This document shows positions 50,401 through 61,410 of a DNA stretch of 64,000 nucleotides, piece by piece; position 1 is the stretch's first letter, and each line of letters starts with the position of its first letter. The notes below the pieces were generated by a model. The model was given only the letters and a program-made list of their open reading frames with translations. It was not told the origin of the DNA and ran no database searches. Both the position numbers and the translations under genes were made by a program. The stretch spans positions 1-64,000 of the forward strand of contig JAVXJA010000005.1 in NCBI GenBank assembly GCA_036648085.1. Reading direction: 5' to 3'. Source of the DNA: Terrisporobacter sp. GTDB lineage: Bacteria > Bacillota > Clostridia > Peptostreptococcales > Peptostreptococcaceae.

Positions 50401-52338
50401 ATTAAATATTTAGACATTATTACAAAAGAGAGAATTAATGATTTCAAAAAAGGAGATTCTTTAGATAGTTATAAATATCTTGGAAATCATAAAGCTAAGT
50501 ATAATGGGGAAGAAGGAATCTCTTTTGCTGTATGGGCACCAAATGCTAAAAACGTGTATTTGGTTGGTGACTTTAATAATTGGAATGAAATTTCACATCC
50601 TTTAGAGAATTTTGAAGAAAGTGGTATATGGACCATATTCATAACAGAATTGTCTCAAGGAGACCGTTATAAATACAATGTAGTAGGTTGTGATGGAGTT
50701 AGTAGATTAAAAGCAGATCCTTATGGTTTATTTAGTGAATTAAGACCAAATACAGCTTCCATTATTCATGAAAGTAAAGATTATAATTGGAAAGATAAAA
50801 ATTATTTTGATTTAAAAAATAAAAAGGATTTAAGTAATGAGCCAATGAATATATATGAGGTTCATTTAGGTTCTTGGAAAAGAAAATGGGATGGAGAATT
50901 TCTAACTTTTAAAGAATTATATGAAATAGTAGATTATGTTAAAGATATGGGATATACACATATTGAGCTTATGCCTATAACAGAATATCCTCTAGATATG
51001 AGTTGGGGATATCAGACTGTTGGATATTTTGCAACAACTAGTAGACATGGTAAACCAGAGGAATTTAAAGCATTTGTAAATAGGTGCCATGAAAAAGGAT
51101 TAGGTATAATTTTAGATTTTGCATATAGTCACTTTTGTAAAGATATACATGGATTGTATCGATTTGATGGTTCACCACAATATGAATACGCAGAGCCATC
51201 AAAGGCTGAAAATATAGGATGGGGAACTGTACATTTTGATTTAGGAAAACCAGAAGTAAATAGCTTTTTACTTTCAAACGTTATCTACTGGTTTAAGGAA
51301 TTCCATATTGATGGTATAAGGGTGGATGCAGTAAGTAGTATTTTGTACTTGGATTATGACATAGGAGATTGGAAACCTAATAAATATGGTGGAAGAGAAA
51401 ATATAGAAGGTATAGATTTCTTAAGAATACTTAATGAAGTTGTATATAAAGAAATTAAAAATCCATTATTAATAGCAGAAGAATCAACAGCATGGCCTAT
51501 GGTCACAGGACCTACCTATGTAGGTGGACTTGGCTTTACATATAAATGGAATATGGGGTGGATGAATGACACCTTGAAATATATGGAAATGGATCCCATC
51601 TACAGAAAATATCACCATGATTTAATTACTTTCTCATTTATGTATGCTTTCTCAGAAAATTTTATTTTACCACTTTCTCATGATGAAGTAGTTCATGGTA
51701 AAAAATCTTTATTAGATAAAATGTCGGGAGATGAATGGCAAAGATTTGCAGGATTAAGATTGTTATATGCATATTATATGTTACACCCTGGAAAAAAACT
51801 TTTATTTATGGGTGGAGAATTTGCTCAAGGTCTAGAGTGGAGATATTCATATGGATTAGAATGGCAGCTACTTGAAAGAGAACAACATAAAAAGATGCAG
51901 ACTTATGTAAAAGATTTAAATCATTTATATATAAATGAAAAATCACTTTATGAAGTAGATAATTCTTTTGAAGGATTTGATTTTATAGATCCTCATAATG
52001 AAGAACAAAGCGTAGTTATATTAATGCGAAAAGGGAAAGACAAGAATGAATTTATAATTGGAATATTAAATTTTACACCTATAGTTTACTATGATTACAA
52101 GGTAGGAGTACCTTATATAGGTGTATACGAAGAAATATTTAATACAGACGATAAGAAGTACTGGGGATCAAATCAAACGATGGAAAGTACTAAGATTTTC
52201 TCTCAAGAAGAAAAATGGCAGAATCAACCTCATCATATAAAAATTAAAGTTCCTCCAATGGGAGCTACACTTATAAAAGTAATTAAAGACAGTATAATCA
52301 CATCATCAAATGAAATAAAAACTAGCCTAAATAAATAA
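50401..52338 (+). CDS. glgB: 1,4-alpha-glucan branching enzyme GlgB (start codon uncertain; frame open from 50377)
   Basis: Conserved N-terminal CBM48 region (FKKGDSLDSYKYLGNHKA...ISFAVWAPNAKNVYLVGDFNNW) is encoded upstream of the first canonical start (GTG 50554). GH13 catalytic core downstream. Poly-G ribosome-binding site at 50388-50393. Confidence 0.8.
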   Translation: MKYLDIITKERINDFKKGDSLDSYKYLGNHKAKYNGEEGISFAVWAPNAKNVYLVGDFNNWNEISHPLENFEESGIWTIFITELSQGDRYKYNVVGCDGVSRLKADPYGLFSELRPNTASIIHESKDYNWKDKNYFDLKNKKDLSNEPMNIYEVHLGSWKRKWDGEFLTFKELYEIVDYVKDMGYTHIELMPITEYPLDMSWGYQTVGYFATTSRHGKPEEFKAFVNRCHEKGLGIILDFAYSHFCKDIHGLYRFDGSPQYEYAEPSKAENIGWGTVHFDLGKPEVNSFLLSNVIYWFKEFHIDGIRVDAVSSILYLDYDIGDWKPNKYGGRENIEGIDFLRILNEVVYKEIKNPLLIAEESTAWPMVTGPTYVGGLGFTYKWNMGWMNDTLKYMEMDPIYRKYHHDLITFSFMYAFSENFILPLSHDEVVHGKKSLLDKMSGDEWQRFAGLRLLYAYYMLHPGKKLLFMGGEFAQGLEWRYSYGLEWQLLEREQHKKMQTYVKDLNHLYINEKSLYEVDNSFEGFDFIDPHNEEQSVVILMRKGKDKNEFIIGILNFTPIVYYDYKVGVPYIGVYEEIFNTDDKKYWGSNQTMESTKIFSQEEKWQNQPHHIKIKVPPMGATLIKVIKDSIITSSNEIKTSLNK

Positions 52339-52486
52339 ATCACATAAAAATAATTAAATAAATTTGAATAAATAGCAAGTCAAAAACTAGAAAGTAGTAT
52401 AGTTGATTAGCTTTGCTAATATAATAAAATATTGAGTTTATAGGGGTATAAATGAAATAACATATGAATAATAAGGAGGCTATTAT

Positions 52487-53644
52487 ATGAAAAAAGAAAT
52501 GCTTGCAATGATTCTTGCTGGGGGGCAAGGCTCGAGACTGGGAGTATTCACAAAAAATATTGCAAAACCAGCAGTATCTTTTGGAGGGAAATACAGAATA
52601 ATTGATTTTGTTTTGAGCAACTGCTCAAATTCGGGGATAGATACAGTAGGAGTATTAACACAGTACAAACCTCAAATATTAAATTCTCATATAGGTATGG
52701 GAAGTCATTGGGATTTAGACAGAATAAATGGAGGAGTATATATATTACAACCATATATGAATGAAGATAAAGAAGGACATTGGTATAACGGTACAGCAAA
52801 TGCCATTTATAAAAATATGGATTTTATAAATGATTATAATCCAGAGTATGTACTTATATTATCGGGAGACCACATATATAAAATGGATTATAGTAAAATG
52901 CTTACATTCCACAAGGAGAAAAGAGCTAAAGCAACTATTGCAGTTATTGAAGTTCCGTGGGATGAAGCTAGTAGATTTGGGATTATGAATGCTGATGATG
53001 AGAAAAAAATATATGAATTTGATGAGAAACCAGAAAAACCTAAAAGTAATTTAGCTTCAATGGGGGTCTATATATTTGATTGGAAAGTTTTAAAAGAGTA
53101 TTTTTTAAGAGGAGAAAAAACTGGAGAATGTTTTGATGACTTTGGTAAAAATGTGATTCCAGCTATGTTAGAAGATGAAGAAGAAATGTATGCATATCCA
53201 TTTAAAGGGTACTGGAGAGATGTAGGAACTATACAAAGTTTATGGGAAGCTAATATGGATTTAATTAAAACTCCAGAGGCTGTAGATTTAAGTGATTCAC
53301 AATGGAGAATATATACAAATACTATGGATTTACCACCTCAATATATAGGTAAACATGGAAAAGTAAGAGAAGCTTTAATTGCTGATGGATGTTCAGTTTT
53401 AGGTTCTGTAGAAAATACTGTTTTATCTCATAAAGTAGAGGTCGGAGCAGAAAGTCAAATTAGAGATTCAGTTATAATGCCAAATGTTAAAATCGGTAAA
53501 AATGTTATCATAGAAAAAGCTATGATCGGTGAAGGTGCTGTAATTGAAGATAATGTAATCATTAAGAGTGATATAAATGATATAACTGTAATTTCTGAGT
53601 ATGAGGTTGTATCATCAGATAATAGAGAAAAAATAGAAGCTTAG
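52487..53644 (+). CDS. glgC: glucose-1-phosphate adenylyltransferase catalytic subunit
   Basis: [13 protein letters not shown]...[11 protein letters not shown]-terminus. AAGGAGG ribosome-binding site. Confidence 0.9.
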   Translation: MKKEMLAMILAGGQGSRLGVFTKNIAKPAVSFGGKYRIIDFVLSNCSNSGIDTVGVLTQYKPQILNSHIGMGSHWDLDRINGGVYILQPYMNEDKEGHWYNGTANAIYKNMDFINDYNPEYVLILSGDHIYKMDYSKMLTFHKEKRAKATIAVIEVPWDEASRFGIMNADDEKKIYEFDEKPEKPKSNLASMGVYIFDWKVLKEYFLRGEKTGECFDDFGKNVIPAMLEDEEEMYAYPFKGYWRDVGTIQSLWEANMDLIKTPEAVDLSDSQWRIYTNTMDLPPQYIGKHGKVREALIADGCSVLGSVENTVLSHKVEVGAESQIRDSVIMPNVKIGKNVIIEKAMIGEGAVIEDNVIIKSDINDITVISEYEVVSSDNREKIEA

Positions 53645-53661
53645 TAGGGGGAACTAGTAAT

Positions 53662-54792
53662 ATGAAAAATGAATGTATGGGATTGATTAATTTAGATAAA
53701 AAAGGCAATCCAAATATAAATATATTAAACTATGCAAGACCATTAGCATCTACTCCTATAGCAGGTAGATATAGAATAATAGATTTTGTTTTATCAAATA
53801 TGGTTAACTCGGGAATGACAAATGTGGGGATTTATGCAAAAGAAAAATATAGATCATTAACAGATCACTTAGGAAGTGGGAAAGATTGGGATTTAAGTAG
53901 GAAAAAAGGCGGGTTATATATTTTTAGTCCAGAAAATACAAAACATAATAATAATTATGGATTTAGAAGTGGAGATATATATTCAATATTAGCTAATATT
54001 GATTATATTGAAAGAAGTACAGAAGAATATATATTAATAGCTCCAGGTTATATGTTATGTAGTATGGATTATAGTGAAGCCATAGAACATCATAAACAAT
54101 CTAAAAATGATATTACTGTAATATATAAAAATATTGATAATGCAGATGAAGATTTCTTAGGTTGTATGACTTTGAATATTGACTCAAATGGTAAGGTTTT
54201 AAATATTGGAAATAATATTGGAGCTTTTCCAAGAGCGAATATATCAACAGAAACATATATAGTAAGAAGGACAGATTTTATTAGATGTATATATAAAATA
54301 GCAAGCTTAGGAACATATTCTTATTTTGAGGATTATATTAATAGAGAATTACCTAATATACAGGTTGGAGCATTTGAGGTTAAAAATTATTTGAAATGTA
54401 TAAATTCTATACAAAGTTATGCAGAGGCTAGTAAAGAGATGCTAAGTAAAGAAGTTTGTTGCGAGTTATTTAACTCAGATAGAAAAATATTTACAAAAGA
54501 TAAAAGTCAAGCACCAACAATATATAAAAAGCATGCAAATGTTGAAAATTCTTTTGTGGCTACGGGATGTAAAATAGATGGAACTGTGATTAACAGTACT
54601 ATATTTAGAAAAGTAGAAATAGGAAAAGGCTCAGTTCTTAAAAATTGTGTAATTATGCAAAATTGTAAAATAGAAGAAAATGTGGTTTTAGAAAATGTAA
54701 TTTTTGATAAAAATATTTCCGTTTGTGAAGGTAAAGTTCTAAAGGGAGATAGAGATTATCCAATGGTCATAGAGAAGAACCAAAAGCTTTAA
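53662..54792 (+). CDS. glgD: glucose-1-phosphate adenylyltransferase regulatory subunit GlgD
   Basis: Paralogue of GlgC ([17 protein letters not shown]). Follows glgC, as in Firmicute glg operons. Confidence 0.85.
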   Translation: MKNECMGLINLDKKGNPNINILNYARPLASTPIAGRYRIIDFVLSNMVNSGMTNVGIYAKEKYRSLTDHLGSGKDWDLSRKKGGLYIFSPENTKHNNNYGFRSGDIYSILANIDYIERSTEEYILIAPGYMLCSMDYSEAIEHHKQSKNDITVIYKNIDNADEDFLGCMTLNIDSNGKVLNIGNNIGAFPRANISTETYIVRRTDFIRCIYKIASLGTYSYFEDYINRELPNIQVGAFEVKNYLKCINSIQSYAEASKEMLSKEVCCELFNSDRKIFTKDKSQAPTIYKKHANVENSFVATGCKIDGTVINSTIFRKVEIGKGSVLKNCVIMQNCKIEENVVLENVIFDKNISVCEGKVLKGDRDYPMVIEKNQKL

Positions 54793-54812
54793 TTTTATGG
54801 GGGGAATATTAG

Positions 54813-56252
54813 ATGAAGATTCTTTATGTTACTGCAGAGTGTTGGCCATTTGCTAAAACGGGGGGATTAGGAGATGTATCTTATGCATTACCTAAAGCTT
54901 TAAAAAAAACAGGAGCGGATGTGCGAGTTATAATGCCAAAATACTCTACAATACCAGCATATTTAAAAGACCAATTTAAGCCAGTTGCAGAATTTAGTGT
55001 AAAGGTAGGCTGGAGAAACCAATATTGCGGAATAGAAATGATGGAAAAAGATGGAGTTAAATTTTATTTTATAGATAATGAATTTTACTTTAAAAGAGAT
55101 AACGAGCCGTGTATTTATGGTCATGGAGATGATCCTGAGAGATTTGCATTTTTTAGCAATGCAGTTTTATCAGCTATGGAAAAATTGAATTTTTATCCCG
55201 ATATTATGAATTTAAATGATTGGCATACAGGGATGATACCTTTAATACTAAAGGAAGACTATAGTCATTTAAATAAATATAAAAATATAAATACAGTTTA
55301 CACTATACATAACTTAAAATATCAAGGTATATTCAATAAAAATGTTTTAGGTGATGTATTTAATTTATCGTATGACTATTACTATAATGGAGATGTAGAG
55401 TTTTATGGAGATATAAACTTCATGAAAGCAGGAATAGTATTTGCAGATAAAGTAACAACAGTGAGTGAAACTTATGTGGATGAAATACAAACACAGTTTT
55501 ATGGAGAAAAACTAGATGGTCTTCTAAAGTCAAATGCTTATAAATTAGAAGGTATTTTAAATGGAATAGATTATGATTTAAATAATCCAGCCACAGATCC
55601 AGCAATATTTGTTAACTTTGATACAAAATGTATAGAAAAAAAGGTTGAAAATAAACTTAGATTACAAAAACTGCTTGGTTTAGAGATTAATCCAGAAATA
55701 CCTTTAGTAGGAATAGTATCTAGATTAACTTCACAAAAGGGGTTAGACTTGATCAATTATATGATGCCTGAAATAATGGGGGAAAACTTACAATTAGTAG
55801 TACTAGGTACTGGTGAGCATCAATATCAATCCATGTTTAATTATTATAATTCGAATTTTAGTAATAAACTTTCAGCGAGGATAACTTTTGATAGTGCCTT
55901 TGCACAACAAATATATGCTGGTTGTGACATATTCTTAATGCCTTCATTGTATGAACCATGTGGAATAGGTCAAATGTTAGCTATGAGATATGGAGCTTTA
56001 CCAATAGTAAGAGAAACAGGTGGTTTAAAAGATACTGTAACTCCATACAATAAATATACTAGTCAAGGTAATGGGTTTAGTTTTACTAATTATAATGCAC
56101 ATGATATGTTCTTTACTTTAAAAAATGCGATTAACTTGTATAAAGATAAGAATGTTTGGAATAAATTGGTAACTAATGCTATGAATACTGATAATAGTTG
56201 GAATAAATCTGCTCACGACTATATGAATATGTTTAATAACCTAATAAGCTAA
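54813..56252 (+). CDS. glgA: glycogen synthase (ADP-glucose type)
   Basis: MKILYVTAECWPFAKTGGLGDV N-terminus. Confidence 0.9.
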   Translation: MKILYVTAECWPFAKTGGLGDVSYALPKALKKTGADVRVIMPKYSTIPAYLKDQFKPVAEFSVKVGWRNQYCGIEMMEKDGVKFYFIDNEFYFKRDNEPCIYGHGDDPERFAFFSNAVLSAMEKLNFYPDIMNLNDWHTGMIPLILKEDYSHLNKYKNINTVYTIHNLKYQGIFNKNVLGDVFNLSYDYYYNGDVEFYGDINFMKAGIVFADKVTTVSETYVDEIQTQFYGEKLDGLLKSNAYKLEGILNGIDYDLNNPATDPAIFVNFDTKCIEKKVENKLRLQKLLGLEINPEIPLVGIVSRLTSQKGLDLINYMMPEIMGENLQLVVLGTGEHQYQSMFNYYNSNFSNKLSARITFDSAFAQQIYAGCDIFLMPSLYEPCGIGQMLAMRYGALPIVRETGGLKDTVTPYNKYTSQGNGFSFTNYNAHDMFFTLKNAINLYKDKNVWNKLVTNAMNTDNSWNKSAHDYMNMFNNLIS

Positions 56253-56265
56253 AAGGGGCGATTTC

Positions 56266-58722
56266 ATGATAACAATAAATAAAAGACGCTTTAAAGAACA
56301 ATTTAGAAGGAAAATGAATAATCTATATGTTCAATCTATAGAAGAAGCAAGTAAGCAAGAATTATTTGATGTCTTATGTTCTGTTATTAAAGATATGATA
56401 TCAAGGGATTGGGAAGGTGCAAGAATATATGAAGAAAAATCAGTATTTTACTTCTCAATAGAGTTTTTGCTAGGCAGACAATTAAAGTCAAACTTACTAA
56501 ATTTAGATTTTGAAGAATCTGTAAGACAGGGCTTAAAAGAATTAGGTATAGACTTAGATGATTTAATAGAAGAAGAGCCAGATCCTGCATTGGGAAATGG
56601 AGGACTAGGAAGATTAGCTGCTTGTTTTTTAGATTCTATGGCATCTGTGGGAATAGATGGTCATGGATATGGAATAAGGTATAAATATGGTCTTTTTGAA
56701 CAAAAATTTGTAAATAATTCGCAGGTAGAAGTTCCTGATAATTGGCTAATAAATAGTTCTTATCCTTGGGAGTCTGTTAGACCTAATAGAGCTCTACTAG
56801 TAAAGTATGAAGGTAATATTAAACTAGAAAAAGATGAATATGGAGACTTAAAGGTTATTCATAATGACTATATTCCTGTAATGGCTATGCCTTATGACAT
56901 ACCTATTATTGGATATAGAAATGACTGTATAAATACATTGAGAATATGGAAGAGTGAGGTTCCAAGTAGAGATTTTGGGAAAACATCCTTATATGCTAAA
57001 AATCAAAGTGGTAGCTATGAAGATGCTTTAAAGTATAAATATTATGCAGAAGAAATTTCTCAAACCTTATATCCAAATGATTCAAATTATGCAGGTAAAC
57101 TATTAAGGTTAAAGCAAGAATACTTCTTTGTAAGTGCTGGAATACAAGATATATTTAGAAAATGTAGACGATATAAAATACCTGTGGAGAAATTACCAGA
57201 TAAAATATCTATTCATATAAATGATACTCATCCAGCCCTATGCATTCCAGAAATGATGAGAATTTTGTTAGATGAAGAAGGATTATCTTGGGATGAATCT
57301 TGGGATATAACTATAAGGGTAATGTCTTATACTAATCATACGATATTATGTGAAGCCTTAGAAAGATGGCCACAGGAGATGATTAAAAAGTTGCTACCAA
57401 GAATGTATATGATAATAGAAGAAATAAATAGAAGATATATAATTACTTTAAAAAGTAAAGGTTATGACGAAAATAAAATCAAACACATGGCTATTATGTA
57501 TGATAATGAAATTAGAATGGCTAATCTTTGTATAGTAGGAAGTTTTAGTGTTAATGGTGTGGCGAAGCTTCATACAAAATTATTAACGCAAGAAGTACTG
57601 CATGATTTTTACAAGGAGGAACCTGATAAGTTTAACAATAAAACAAACGGTATTGCTCATAGAAGATGGTTAATAAGTTCAAACCCAGAATTAGCCAACT
57701 TAATCACAGAATTAATTGGTGATAAGTGGATAAAAGATACTACTAAATTAAAAGATTTAGAAAAATATGTGGATGATAAAAAAGTTCTAAATAAATTGGG
57801 TGAAATAAAATATAATAACAAAGTTAACCTTGCTAAATATATTGAGGAATCACAAGGAATAATTGTAGATCCAAATTCTATATTTGATATTCAAGTAAAG
57901 AGACTACATGCATATAAAAGACAATTATTAAATATTTTACATGTACTTTATTTATATCATGAAATTTTAGATAATCTAGGTATGGAATTAGATATAGAGC
58001 CAAGGACAATTATATTTGGAGCAAAAGCAGCTCCAGGATACTATTTAGCAAAGTGTATAATTAAGTTGATAAATTGTGTGGCTGATTTAGTAAACAATGA
58101 CCCTAGAGTAGAAGAGAAAATAAAAGTTGTTTTTATTGAAAATTATGGTGTATCACTTGCTGAAAAAATTATCCCAGCAGCAGATGTTAGTGAGCAAATT
58201 TCTACTACAACTAAAGAAGCATCAGGAACTAGTAATATGAAGTTAATGATGAATGGGGCTATAACTTTAGCTACTTTAGATGGTGCTAATGTGGAAATAT
58301 GTGAACAAGTAGGCAAAGAGAATATGTTTATATTTGGTCTAAGTGCTAAACAAGTACTTGATTACAATAAGTATGGCGGATATTCAGCTAAAGATTTATA
58401 TCATTCTAATAATAATATAAAAAAAGTAGTTGATGATTTAGTAAATGGATTTATACCTGGTCTTGGAAATGAAGGAAGAGAAATATATGATGCTTTAATA
58501 ACTTATAATGATGAATATTTTGTTCTGAGGGATGCAGGGGATTACTCTCAAACTCAACATAGATTAGGTCAGCTTTATAAAGATAAAGAAAAGTGGAATA
58601 GAATGTCTCTTATAAATATAGCAAACTCAGGTATTTTCTCAAGTGATAGAACAATAAGAGAATATATAGAAGATATTTGGTTTAAGGGGTGTGATAAGGA
58701 TGGCAAAAATAATATCATTTAA
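56266..58722 (+). CDS. glgP: glycogen/maltodextrin phosphorylase
   Basis: 818 aa. YFSIEFLLGR. EASGTSNMK pyridoxal-lysine region. Confidence 0.9.
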   Translation: MITINKRRFKEQFRRKMNNLYVQSIEEASKQELFDVLCSVIKDMISRDWEGARIYEEKSVFYFSIEFLLGRQLKSNLLNLDFEESVRQGLKELGIDLDDLIEEEPDPALGNGGLGRLAACFLDSMASVGIDGHGYGIRYKYGLFEQKFVNNSQVEVPDNWLINSSYPWESVRPNRALLVKYEGNIKLEKDEYGDLKVIHNDYIPVMAMPYDIPIIGYRNDCINTLRIWKSEVPSRDFGKTSLYAKNQSGSYEDALKYKYYAEEISQTLYPNDSNYAGKLLRLKQEYFFVSAGIQDIFRKCRRYKIPVEKLPDKISIHINDTHPALCIPEMMRILLDEEGLSWDESWDITIRVMSYTNHTILCEALERWPQEMIKKLLPRMYMIIEEINRRYIITLKSKGYDENKIKHMAIMYDNEIRMANLCIVGSFSVNGVAKLHTKLLTQEVLHDFYKEEPDKFNNKTNGIAHRRWLISSNPELANLITELIGDKWIKDTTKLKDLEKYVDDKKVLNKLGEIKYNNKVNLAKYIEESQGIIVDPNSIFDIQVKRLHAYKRQLLNILHVLYLYHEILDNLGMELDIEPRTIIFGAKAAPGYYLAKCIIKLINCVADLVNNDPRVEEKIKVVFIENYGVSLAEKIIPAADVSEQISTTTKEASGTSNMKLMMNGAITLATLDGANVEICEQVGKENMFIFGLSAKQVLDYNKYGGYSAKDLYHSNNNIKKVVDDLVNGFIPGLGNEGREIYDALITYNDEYFVLRDAGDYSQTQHRLGQLYKDKEKWNRMSLINIANSGIFSSDRTIREYIEDIWFKGCDKDGKNNII

Positions 58723-60610
58723 CTCTTGGAATAAATTTTTTAAGGCTCCGTTTGGAGCCTTAAAAATTAATGAAGGAGCAGATATAAAAGTTAGACTTAA
58801 TGAAGATGGAATATACAGTATTAATCTTGTAGTATTAAAAGAAAATAAGGATTTAGGTTGTAATGAAGTAAGAAGAATTGTATTAAAAGAAGAAGATGAC
58901 AATATTTACACATGTAGAATAGAACCATTATTAGAAGCTGGTATATATTATTACTACTTTCAAGTAGATGTAGATAGTGAAGGAAATACTAAAAGTTTAT
59001 TCTATGGGAAAATGATCCCAAATGGAGAATCGTGTGAATATTCATATAATGATTTAAATAAGTATCAATTAACTGTATATGAAGATTATAAAACTCCAGA
59101 TTGGTTAAAAGGGGGCGTTTTATATCAAATATTTATTGATAGATTTAATAATGGAAATAGAAATGGAAAAGTAAGTAATCCTAAGAAAAATAGCTTTATT
59201 TATGCTAACTGGGAAGATGACCCAATGTACATTAAAAATGTCAATGGAGATATAGTAAGATGGGACTTCTATGGTGGAAATTTAAAAGGAATAATAAATA
59301 AACTGGGATATCTAAAAAGATTAGGAGTAAGTATCATTTATTTAAGTCCAGTATTTGAATCTAGCAGTAATCACAAATACAATACAGGAAATTATAAAAA
59401 TATAGATCCTATGTACGGTGATGAAGAGATATTTGAAGAGTTGATAAAAAAAGCTGCTGATAAAGGTATATCTATAATTCTTGATGGAGTTTTCAGTCAT
59501 ACAGGAGCAGATAGTGTTTATTTCAATAAATTTGGAAATTATGAAACTGAAGGAGCATATCAATCTGAAAAATCACCTTATAAATCTTGGTATAATTTCG
59601 ATGATTCAGAAGATGGATATGAATGTTGGTGGGGAGTGAAAGATTTACCAAATGTAAACGAACTTAATCCATCATACATGGATTATATTATAAAAGATAA
59701 AGATAGTGTATTGAATAAATGGACTAAAATGGGAGTTAAAGGATGGCGATTGGATGTAGCAGATGAACTTCCTACTCCTTTTATAACAGAATTTAAGAAA
59801 GTACTTAAAGAAGCAGATAAAGATGCCATATTAATAGGTGAAGTTTGGGAAGATGCATCTAATAAAATTAGTTATGGAGAACGAAGAGAATACCTTCTAG
59901 GAAATCAATTAGATTCTGTAATGGGATATCCATTTAGAAAAAGCATATTATCATTTTTAAAAGGCGAAATGCCTTCTTATGAATTAAATGATATATATAT
60001 GACTACTAAGGAAAATTATCCACCTGAAGCATTTAAATCTAATCTTAATTTACTAGGAACACATGATGTAAATAGATTAAAGACTGAATTAAACTGCGAT
60101 AAGGATATGATTAAATTAGCTGTACTTACACAAATGACATTTGAAGGTGTGCCATATATATATTATGGTGATGAAGCTGGTTTGGAAGGAAATACAGATC
60201 CAGATAATAGAAGAACATATCCATGGAAAAGTGAAGATAATGATATGATAGATTTCTATAGAAATATTATACAAACTAGAAATAGAGTGAAATCTTTATC
60301 AAAAGGTGAAACTAGATTTATCTATACAATGGATAATGATGTATTTGCTTTTGTAAGATATTTAGATAATGATGAAGAAGCAAATAATGAAGGCAGTTTA
60401 ATAGTAGTTAATAGAAGTAATGAGGCGAAGAATATAACATTAGAATTAGATTGTGATATTTTAGATGAAATAGGAATAAAATACTCTCCTGGAGATTATG
60501 GACAAACACTAGAAGAAGAGGATAGAAAGTATTCAATATATGTAATGCCTAAATCTTATATGATATTTAAAATGAGAAAATTAATAGATAAATCATTAGA
60601 AAAGGCTTAA
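58700..60610 (+). CDS. GH13 alpha-amylase-family glycoside hydrolase (neopullulanase/debranching-like) terminal gene of glg operon
   Basis: GH13 conserved regions (DGVFSH; GWRLDVADEL; GEVWE; LLGTHD). ATG at 58700 lies inside the glgP 3' end, a 23-nt overlap. Confidence 0.8.
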   Translation: MAKIISFNSWNKFFKAPFGALKINEGADIKVRLNEDGIYSINLVVLKENKDLGCNEVRRIVLKEEDDNIYTCRIEPLLEAGIYYYYFQVDVDSEGNTKSLFYGKMIPNGESCEYSYNDLNKYQLTVYEDYKTPDWLKGGVLYQIFIDRFNNGNRNGKVSNPKKNSFIYANWEDDPMYIKNVNGDIVRWDFYGGNLKGIINKLGYLKRLGVSIIYLSPVFESSSNHKYNTGNYKNIDPMYGDEEIFEELIKKAADKGISIILDGVFSHTGADSVYFNKFGNYETEGAYQSEKSPYKSWYNFDDSEDGYECWWGVKDLPNVNELNPSYMDYIIKDKDSVLNKWTKMGVKGWRLDVADELPTPFITEFKKVLKEADKDAILIGEVWEDASNKISYGERREYLLGNQLDSVMGYPFRKSILSFLKGEMPSYELNDIYMTTKENYPPEAFKSNLNLLGTHDVNRLKTELNCDKDMIKLAVLTQMTFEGVPYIYYGDEAGLEGNTDPDNRRTYPWKSEDNDMIDFYRNIIQTRNRVKSLSKGETRFIYTMDNDVFAFVRYLDNDEEANNEGSLIVVNRSNEAKNITLELDCDILDEIGIKYSPGDYGQTLEEEDRKYSIYVMPKSYMIFKMRKLIDKSLEKA

Positions 60611-60805
60611 AAAATTATGTGGGTTAAATAATAATCTATACAATTTTTTAATTCTTAGGAAATTATATTTTATCTAGTTTATGGATGAAATATAATTTCC
60701 AACTACTTAATGAAAGTGTTTCGCCTACACGTAGCTCAAGCAAGAAATCTGATTTGTAGATTACTAGATATATGAACGAAGCGGATTTTTTATTTTATAT
60801 ATTAA

Positions 60806-61219
60806 TTAAAATGGAATTTCACTTTCAGATATTTCACCTTCAAATATAGCTTCATTATCGAAAATTGCATCTGCACTTTTAATATTATTATTACTTTCAG
60901 TTTTAGATGTTAAAAAGTCGAATTTGCTACATCTAACTATAATTTTCTTTACATTTTCACCAGATGATGATACATATTTTTCTAATCTTAATTGACCTTC
61001 AACTCCGAATAATTTACCTTTCTCCATATACTGACAAAAAATTTCGGCATGTTTCCCCCATAATTCACAGTCAATAAAATCGGCACCATATTGACCTTGA
61101 GAATTTTTATATTCACGGCTAACAGCAATTGTGAATTTAGTTATAGGAGTATTTTTTTCACCTACATATTTAATTTCAGGATTATGACATAACCTACCTG
61201 TTAAAATAATCTTATTCAT
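60806..61219 (-). CDS. ssb: single-stranded DNA-binding protein (short paralogue)
   Basis: OB-fold MNKIILTGRL...FTIAV...DFIDCELWGK...LFGVEGQLR. C-terminal acidic tail ending IPF. GGAGG ribosome-binding site before ATG at 61219. The ORF-track start at 61267 is too far upstream. Confidence 0.75.
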   Translation of the reverse strand: MNKIILTGRLCHNPEIKYVGEKNTPITKFTIAVSREYKNSQGQYGADFIDCELWGKHAEIFCQYMEKGKLFGVEGQLRLEKYVSSSGENVKKIIVRCSKFDFLTSKTESNNNIKSADAIFDNEAIFEGEISESEIPF

Positions 61220-61410
61220 TTTTACCTCCAAATTTATTTTAAATTCAAGTATTAAAATTATAGACAAGCATAGGTTTGTTTATACAAAAAAACATATGTG
61301 AAATTTATTTCCATATAAAGTAAGGATAAATGATCAAAACAGTGATATAATTAATTGGAGTGAGGAATTTTTTATACAATTATGAACTATGGGAAATAAG
61401 GGGTTTTATT

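Noticed and set aside
60659-60701. 12-bp perfect inverted repeat ggaaattatatt…aatataatttcc after the GH13 gene
   Set aside because: No following T-run and no second copy. Most likely a weak or structural terminator. Not enough to call a regulatory site.
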